NCBI GenBank assembly: GCA_012295275.1
Contig: CM022675.1
Span: 8,556,001 to 8,620,000, forward strand
Direction: 5' to 3'
Origin: Chrysomallon squamiferum
Taxonomy: Eukaryota; Animalia; Mollusca
Length of the DNA stretch: 64,000 bases
Shown here piece by piece: positions 55,974 to 64,000 of the stretch. The notes beneath the pieces were generated by a model. The model was not told the origin of the DNA, did no database searches, and saw only the letters and a program-made list of their open reading frames with translations. Positions within the stretch are counted from its first letter, which is position 1; the number at the start of each line of letters is the position of its first letter. The translations under genes and the position numbers were made by a program.

Positions 55974-57591
55974 TGATCATAAAATAAATATTCAGAATTA
56001 TGAATATTGGATATATAAAAAGAAAATCTGCTTGGTGTCTTGAACATTTAACATTTTTAATTTGCCTGAATCAGTTTGGTGGTTGGAACCTTCTGGTGAC
56101 TAAAGTGCTGCTTTACCTTTTGTTTTTTGCTTTGTTAATTAATTACTTTTCTTTCTTTTCTTTTTTTAAATAAAAGTTTTATGTTTATGATAAAGTTTGT
56201 TTGTAAAAGTTGTTGAAATTTTGATTCATCTGTTTGTTTGTTTCAGCATTTAACTTTTATTTTGAACTGTAAAGACAATAATTTGTAAATATGCTTTATT
56301 AAATAATATATATATTTTTTATTTATTAATTATATTTTATTTATTTACTTAACATTTGTTTACAGCTATTGATTAATCTACTGATATTGTTTATTATTAT
56401 TATTATTTATAATTAATGTATTGATTGATTTTTTTTTCGTAAAATGACACAGATCTTATAAATTAATTTCATATTTTTATTCAAACTACAGATGTTCGAA
56501 ACATGTTAGAGTCTACTTTTCAAATAGTGATGGTATCACAGATATTGTCATAACACGATTCTATATGTGTACTATAATTTATCATTTATGTAAATGTTTA
56601 AAACATTTGCCATATTCAAGTTTCTTACAAACTATTATTTTAATTTCGTCCCTTCTAAAACAAAACACATACATGTGCCAGTCTGTTTTTAAATATGTTT
56701 CATTTTCAGCTGTTGAAAATACTAATTTTATCTTAGCATATAGTAATAAAAATGTATGTAGTTGTATGTTTGAATAACTTTTTAATTATTATATATGTGT
56801 GTCAGAGAGAAAGAAAGAAATACTGTCTGGATTTTTTTTTATATATATATATTGTGTTAAAATACTTATATTATTTATTAATTGTTGCAAACTGTTAGTT
56901 ATTTCACAAGAAATACTTGTTCACACATACCTATATGTATGCATGCACTTGCACACACATACCCACACACATATGCACATACATACATCCATACATCCAT
57001 ATATGCACATTTTCCTATGCACACAAAAATTATTTATCAGAAATGCACAGTAAATTAACCTAGATAGTGATACATACATTGAGATATAAAGTTAGGTTTT
57101 TTTTGTGTTTTTTTTGCATGAGTAAATTAAATGCATTAATTATAGTGTAATTTATACTTTTTAGAAACAATATTAATTGTTGTTTAACTAACTGCATGCA
57201 TTTTGCATTCTTTTTCTTCGTATGTATGTATATATATATATATATATACACACTTTTTCTTCTTTTGTTTTTCATTATATTTGTGCATGTAGAACAGTGC
57301 AAGGTAAAAATGACTTGCATGCATGATTCTGAATCATATATATAAATATAGCTCAGGTAAATATCATTACACATAAAATCTCAGATAAATTATGTGGAAA
57401 GAAGTATAATAAAACATGTCAAGCATTAGGAATATAGGACGAGAGAAGTAATTCTCAGTGTTTTTTTTTTTTTTTTTTTTTTCATTATTATTTAATTATT
57501 TATTTTCTAGTTTATTTGTTTATTTATTTATTATTTCATTAATATTATTTTTTAAATATTTTCCAGTCAGTTTATCAGTTTATTAAAAACC

Positions 57592-57629
<38 letters not shown>

Positions 57630-58090
57630 TGTCTGTCTGTGTGGAAAATAACTGACTCTTAAATTTAATTTATTTAATTAATTTTAACTTAACATGGTGC
57701 AGTAACTATTATGCTGAACTTAGATAACAAGTCAAATCAGCCTTTTAAAGACACATTAAAAAAAAAATAATAATAATAACAAGTGAAAAACAAAAACAAA
57801 AAAACAAAAAAAAAAAAAAAAAAAAAAAGAGAAAACCACCTAAGAAATTAAATGCTGCATTAACAAATAAATTGAATAGCCTATGAATTTATTATTATGT
57901 TGGTATTGTTCACAGTAAGTGTACATTGTCATTAACAGTTAATACTAGCTGTGTTATAATGACCTAAACAATCGATTATCTAATTTATTTTACTGTGACA
58001 CAGATACTGTGAGTGTAAACAGGCCAAAGTGACACTAGAAGTATCTGATATTATAAGAGGCCAGTGAGTCAGTATGGATACATTAATGTA

Positions 58091-58127
<37 letters not shown>

Positions 58128-58538
58128 TGTTAAAACATATACTCACATAATTAAATATATATACAGGGTGACAAACAGTGACACACAAACACAAACACAC
58201 AATACATGTACCCAAAATACCAGTGTAATACTGTTAATGTAATCTGATAGATTAAAATCTATATTTGTTGTATATTTTCAGTTATCTCATTATTTCCTAT
58301 CTGCTTTTTATATCTAGGAACTGTTGTTTATTGATAATTTTATGAGGTCATGGAAATAATTTGTTGGAAAAAGTATAGTTGTTTGACTTGTTGTAAAATA
58401 TTTAGGTTAATATGCATTGAAATATTAAATTGAATATAATTGTTTTTTTTTTTTTTTTTTCATGGCACATCTAATTAAGTATAAATTATCTTAATTTGTA
58501 TAATTGTTGCATTTTTGTACTTTGTTGTCAAGAAGTGT

Positions 58539-58581
<43 letters not shown>

Positions 58582-58857
58582 CTGTTGGATGTATTTATGT
58601 ACAGAAATAACAAAACAAAGGTTGGTATTTCATTCTTTGCCATTATTTATTCATTTTCTTATGTCCGTTTAATACATAATTATGTGCCCAAATAACAATG
58701 AATTTATAAGAGATTAACACATAAGAATGAACAGGGTGAAAATTTTATTAAATTTTTGAAAATGGTATATTTTTCATTTCAGATTGTAGGCGTTTGGCTA
58801 GCAATGAGATACAGAAATCAGAAAGATCCAAGAGCCAATCCAAGCGCATTTTTATAA
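47342..58857 (+). CDS. TSPAN31: Tetraspanin-13/31 family (Tsp97E-like); join(47342..47404,48943..49110,50778..51002,51935..52099, then one of 54051..54110, 54398..54472 or 58783..58857); 226/231/231 aa
   Basis: N-terminus [50 protein letters not shown] and C-terminus [16 protein letters not shown] are characteristic of TSPAN13/31. All introns phase 0. Probably a co-ortholog of vertebrate TSPAN13 and TSPAN31. Confidence 0.94.
48310..48470 (+). mobile_element. Decayed SINE fragment in tetraspanin intron 1
   Basis: ataaagatgccttggtactgatcagtaagagtagg...ctggtgcctttac; similar (from memory) to a mollusc SINE body/tail; related fragments near 11590 and 35115. Confidence 0.3.
48943..49110 (+). CDS. 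TSPAN31: Tetraspanin exon 2
   Basis: ttttcag| [12 protein letters not shown]...[12 protein letters not shown] |gtatcctt. Confidence 0.93.
49111..50777 (+). other. U12-type (minor spliceosome) GT-AG intron
   Basis: 5' splice site GTATCCTT; branch-point TTCCTTGAC at ~50757-50765, 12 nt before the end of the intron (AG at 50776-50777). Confidence 0.9.
50778..51002 (+). CDS. TSPAN31: Tetraspanin exon 3 (TM3, start of LEL, CCG)
   Basis: ccag| [22 protein letters not shown]...NCCGF...PKCEK |gtgaaa. Confidence 0.93.
51935..52099 (+). CDS. TSPAN31: Tetraspanin exon 4 (end of LEL, start of TM4)
   Basis: ttttgcag| LDCCKADQ...[12 protein letters not shown] |gtattt. Confidence 0.92.
54051..54110 (+). 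CDS. TSPAN31: Tetraspanin alternative terminal exon 5a
   Basis: tgtttcag| [22 protein letters not shown], phase 0; AATAAA at 54274 and 54283 followed by a T-run. Confidence 0.72.
   Translation: MIGVWLTLRYRKQTKRHSP
54398..54472 (+). CDS. TSPAN31: Tetraspanin alternative terminal exon 5b
   Basis: atttcag| [27 protein letters not shown], phase 0. Confidence 0.88.
   Translation: MFGVWITVRYRNQKDPRANPRSFL
54640..55070. repeat. ~22-bp degenerate tandem repeat (taatattagtaattgtgaaata)
   Basis: Direct inspection, downstream of exon 5b. Confidence 0.85.
58783..58857 (+). CDS. TSPAN31: Tetraspanin alternative terminal exon 5c (closest to family consensus)
   Basis: catttcag| [27 protein letters not shown]; AATAAA at 58935. 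Confidence 0.92.
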   Translation: MVGVWLAMRYRNQKDPRANPSAFL

Positions 58858-59375
58858 TGTCTTTGTGTTAATTAAGTGTTTTTTTTTTTTTTTTCTGTCT
58901 CATTTTCTCAATATACATTCCTTTTACATATATCAATAAACATAGTGTAAGAAGGGGGATACCATACTGGCCTTCTTCTAGTTCAATACATTAGTAACTA
59001 AGTAAATAAAAAACAAAAAACAAAGAGTAAATATGTGAATTAGTGATAAAGAAAGAAAAGAAAATATTAAAGTATTTAAATAAAAAGAACCAAATAAAAT
59101 CAAATAATAATTTGGTAGCCATGCAGTTATCTTCATTTTATTCACAAATTGTCATTTTAAAAAAAATATAAACTGTGTATTAATATAATCTATATTTATT
59201 TTTATTTATTTTAAATGATTTTAATTTTTATATACCTCGCTAGAGATATTTAAAGTTATTGAAAAATTAAAGTGAAAAAAAAAAATATATATATAATTTA
59301 AAGACTAAAACCCGTAATTTAAAGAAGATAATTATTTTTGAAATTTCATAAATCCAGGATGGTGTCCCCTTCATT

Positions 59376-59416
<41 letters not shown>

Positions 59417-60640
59417 AGTGTGTTTATTGTGGTTGTTTTAAACATGAGCTGTATATAGATTAAGTAATCATTTTGTCACCAGTATTGAGTTAGAAGTTTT
59501 TTTTAGGAGACCATGGATTGAATGAACATTATTTTTCTCTTTGGTTTGTAACAAAATGTTTAAGAAAATAATACTAGCGTTATATTTCATTCACGTAATG
59601 CTTAGTTGACGTTCTGATATCATTTTTGTAATTTTAATGTAATAGTAGTGATAAACAAAATTTAAATGATTGAAAATAAACAAAAAACTATCATTAACAT
59701 TTTAAATGGTTCACTTAATGCTAGAGAGTGTCAGTTTAGAGTTATAAATATCTGGATACTTTTTTTTTTTTTCAAATGAAAATAGAAAATACAAATAAAA
59801 ATATTCAAATATTTAAAATACATCATCTGAACATTTTAAATACTTTTTTTTTAAATCATAAAATGTGATAGTAATAATGATTTTTTTTTTTTTTTTTTTT
59901 TTGGATAGTTGTGATTTTTTTATAATACAAAAATTCTGTAATCAGTAGGGACAGTTTATTTTGAAATGAAACTGAATAAAAAGAAGATATAACTATTTAA
60001 AGATTATTTTATAGAATAGAAAAAAATTACCTTTAATCTGAGAAATGCTTATTAAGTAAGTATGCACTAAAGCTGAAGATAGTATAACCCTTATTAAATA
60101 TTTTTTTTTTTTTTTTTAAATTTTAAGTTCTAAACGCACTAAATATAACTTCTATCATTCCTTTTGTTTTAATTTTGATCTGGATAGCATGATGTGGTGA
60201 TTTTTAATTTACGTATCATTGATTTTAAAAAAGATTTACAAAAATTGTCATTAATTATTTTGTCTTAAGTGACAATGTTTATTCGTAATTGTCAAAATAG
60301 AACTTGTACATATTTTTCATGGCTTTGTCCAGATGTATTTCAGCACAACTTGTATAAAATATATATAAATATATATATATATACATCAGTTTTTTTTCTT
60401 CTGTGGATACAGGGTCTGTTATTGACTTTGTCTTTTCTTTAATTAAATTGTCAGTATCTTGAAATTTCAGTTGGATTTAAATGATGAAATGTAACAGTAT
60501 TTATGATTGAAATATTAATCCATAATATTGAAAACATAATACACTGATGTAAGCTTTTCTGAACACAATGAAATGTTCGAATAATTATTTCCTTGATTTT
60601 CATTGTAACAGAGTAGTGGAATAGATTACTTACATATTGT

Positions 60641-60717
60641 GACTGTCCTTAGATTTGAACCCACGATCTGGCCGTCTTAAGCTAGATGATTTGACCACTG
60701 ACCAGCTGAGCTGGGTA
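60641..60717 (-). mobile_element. tRNA-derived SINE head or tRNA-like relic
   Basis: Reverse complement reads ...agctggtcagtggtcaaatcatctagcttaagacggccagatcgtgggttcaaatc..., with A-box-like and B-box (GGTTCAAATC) spacing but no clean cloverleaf. Confidence 0.5.
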
Positions 60718-61139
60718 GTTTTGTTTTATTATTATTATTATTACTACTATTGGTCATTCAGTATTTACTTTTTACCTTTTTCTAGTTGTGAACTTTATTT
60801 TGGTAGTTAGTATTTAGTGCTTAGCAGGGTCAGATTTACACTTGGCATGAAAATTTGTAAATGACTTTATATAATTTTTTTTTTTTTTTTTTTTTTCACA
60901 AAATGGATGACTGCAGATTTAAAGAAATCCAGTGATGCTGTGAGACCTCAGTTAATCAGAAGGATAATCATCAGTAATGTATGAAAATGAAACTGAACAG
61001 AAATGTTTGAAAGATCAGTTCTTTTTGGTTTTGTCACAAGCTACAGCAAATTGCTGAGGCTCAATAAGGAAAGAATAAGACTAAATTTAAATTCTATGGC
61101 CCAAAATTGTGTAAAAGCTTGTCTGGCACATATTAATAG

Positions 61140-61176
<37 letters not shown>

Positions 61177-61812
61177 CAGCTGGATTGAACTTTTTATTTT
61201 TAAAGACTGAAAGTTACAAGAAGTTGGAAGATCTTTTTTAGACAAATATTGATATAGAATAAAAAATACTGAATCAGTTGTACTGAAATTTTAAAAGGTT
61301 CCCAAAATACAGCAAAAACTGGTCAAATACAAGAAAATTCTTTTCAGATAACTACAGTGGAGGATTAAATTTACTGGAAGCCCTATTTGTTATATATGAT
61401 ACAGAGTTTTGGTCCAGAGTTATGGGAAATAACAAAGCTGTAACTAGTTTGCTTTCTGTCACAGTCTGATCCTGCTGTGTTTTGTTGTATTTTAAATTTA
61501 ATCTATTATGCCTTTGTTTTGTTGTAGATTATCATATTTGTTTTTGCTCTTTTACGAGTCTGTGATTTCTTTGTAAAACTTATCTTTGTTGTATCTACCT
61601 GTGTGTGTATACATGTGTTTAATGTATATGTTATTACCTCACTGACAGGTATATACTGCTTTTATTCCACATAATTACTATACTAAACATATATATATTT
61701 AATATACATATACATAAGAATATTCTTGATGTTAACTGTGAATGAACTTCTATGTAGCTCAACCTAAAACTCTAATAATATTTATTTATTTATTTATTTA
61801 TTATTATTATTA

Positions 61813-61865
<53 letters not shown>

Positions 61866-62309
61866 ATGATATATTCTTTGCAGAAAAAAAAGAAGGGCTG
61901 CTTATATTTGTTTTGTTTCAGCCATTTTCATTTAAAAAAAAATATATATATATATTTTTTTTTTTTATGAATTACCATTTAAGAAGTCACATCATTTAAA
62001 TATATATGTTAGTTATTATCGTTACACAGTTTAAAAGTTTATTTATATATATATATATATATATATTCTTTATTCTTACCTGTAACGATCTGCTTTACTT
62101 TTCTGAGTCTTAAAATTCCCTCCATTTTTTGTTGGTTATATGCCATTTTTATTTATTTATTTATTTATTTATCTATCTATCTACTCTGTATTATTTTTAA
62201 GTTAGATTTCTTTTTTGTTTTTGTTGTGAAAGTCTGCTGGTAAAATATCCATAATATATTGCAGTTTTATTGTTATTTTGTTGTTAGTATTCATAACCCT
62301 TTGGCTATG

Positions 62310-62830
62310 AACAGTAATTGTTTTAAAGATATCCTGGTTACAACAAAAATAACTTGTTTCTACAGTTAATTACAAGTAAAATAATTGGGTTATACAAGAA
62401 GTTTGAGGGAAAAACAGTGTTATGTTGGTGGTTATAGTTAAATAATTGGGTTATTTAAGCAGATGTAGTAAAAAAAAAATAATTGGATTATGCAAGTAGT
62501 AAAATAAATAACTGAGTTATGTAAGCAGTCATAGTAAAATAACAGTTAAAGAGTTACAAAAAATAACTGGGTTATTTCAGCATTTAATTATCTTGTTTTC
62601 TGAAGTTATGTGCTTGCATATTTGTGCCTGTTAATAACAGCAAATAACTTGGTTACATGCATACAGGATTGGCATTATCATAACTTGCTTATGCAGGCAG
62701 TAAAGTAACTTGGTTATGTTTTCAGTTATTAACGGCAAAGTAACTTCGTTATGTTTTTATTTATAACAGTAAAGTACTTAGTTATGTTGATATTAGTTAT
62801 TAACGAGAAAGTAGCTTAATTATCAATTAA
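62310..62830. repeat. Degenerate tandem repeat (aaataacttgg/gttat core)
   Basis: Recurrent aataa(c/t)t..gttat. Confidence 0.7.
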
Positions 62831-63479
62831 AGGCAGTTACAGCCTGTGAGATATTTTCTTTGTACCAGGGGATTATTAAAAATCATTCATTTTAAAATGT
62901 ATGTCATAGGTACACACTAACAGTAAAATTGTCATACTCTGGGAGTTTCTAACAATAATTTGGTTATTCAGATAATTATAAGGAGAAAATTATTTATTTT
63001 CTAGGCGGTTATAACATTAAAGCCATTTCATTATCTGGATAGACAAAAGTGTAAATTTAGTGTAGGGGTATTCACAAAATGATAGGGCTTTTGCTTCTTT
63101 TTTTTTTTTAAGAGAATATTCATTTTGTTTCAAAATGGGAATTTGCAGTGATGTAATATTTTCAGGTAGCCAAAGGTATTAATGTTACCAAAAATTACAT
63201 TTTCTGTTGCACTTTTCATAATACATCTAGTTTCATGTGAATAAGATTTAACATAGAAAATATTTTAGAGAAACCTTCCTCTCACAGAAAAAAAAAAAAA
63301 AAAAAATTGTTATATGATACACTGCCTGCTTTGAATGTGGTTTAAAAGTTTAAAATTCCTGAATTTAAAATATTATTTAATTATTTATTTACTTTATTTT
63401 ATTTTTTTTCTCGGTTTGTATACTTGCAGCAAACATGACATTTGTTACTTGTAGCTAGTAGAATGTGTGATCTTAGTTT

Positions 63480-63860
63480 TAATTAGTAATTTAATATTTA
63501 GCATAATTGATTCATAGTGATTAATATTTGCTATAGTTAAATAATAGTTGATTAACATACGCGATAGTTAAATAATAGCCGATTCATATTTAACATAACT
63601 GATTCATAGTGATTAATATTTGCAATAGTTAAATAATAGTTTATTAATATTTAGAATAATTGATTCATAGTGATTATTTTCAATAGTTCAATAACAGCTG
63701 ATTAATAGAGTAACTGATTCATAGTGATTAATATTTGCGACAGTTAAATAATAGTGATTAATATTTATAGAAACTGATTAATGGTGATTAATATTTAGAA
63801 TAAATAATTACTAATATTTAGAATAAATAATTATTAATTAATATTTAGAATAAATTAAAA
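63480..63860. repeat. Degenerate tandem repeat (gattcatagtgattaatattt...atagttaaataatag)
   Basis: Direct inspection. Confidence 0.8.
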
Positions 63861-64000
63861 GTAATAATTTTTTTTTAATGCAATTTAGATGGAATTATTA
63901 AAGAAAATTATTATTAGAATCTTTTTAATTGCGCTTCTGGTTTGACTAGTCATCATTTCATGTTGTTAACTTTGAACTGAAAATTTACTCTTCACTTGAC

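Noticed and set aside
56075-56170. atcag|[10 protein letters not shown]... as another terminal exon
   Set aside because: Only superficial similarity to IFGVW; weak acceptor and no basic stop-transfer motif.
54398-58857. Terminal exon copies as a haplotype or assembly duplication
   Set aside because: Flanks are unrelated and synonymous sites are highly diverged, which is incompatible with allelic duplication.
60641-60717. Functional tRNA gene
   Set aside because: A/B boxes are present but I could not pair the acceptor and anticodon stems; treated as a SINE head or relic.

Overview
AT-rich, microsatellite-dense animal genomic DNA, probably lophotrochozoan or mollusc (inferred from protein sequences and repeat landscape). 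Nearly all ORFs in the supplied track are simple-repeat artefacts. Three spliced genes were reconstructed by hand with consistent GT-AG phases: GATAD1 (+, 4 coding exons, 29717-32245, 299 aa); an SLC25A39/40 mitochondrial glutathione carrier (-, 9 coding exons, 44552-38336, 356 aa); and a TSPAN13/31-family tetraspanin (+, from 47342). The main finding is that the tetraspanin has THREE homologous alternative terminal exons (54051, 54398, 58783), all absent from the ORF track, each giving a different TM4 end and cytoplasmic tail. The tetraspanin also has a U12-type intron and a 10-Cys large extracellular loop. Decayed tandem copies of exon/intron junctions sit next to real exons in all three genes. 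The carrier has a strong-Kozak uORF whose stop codon overlaps both candidate start codons (AUGAUG). The first ~21.6 kb has no recognisable coding exon and may be intron of an unidentified minus-strand gene.
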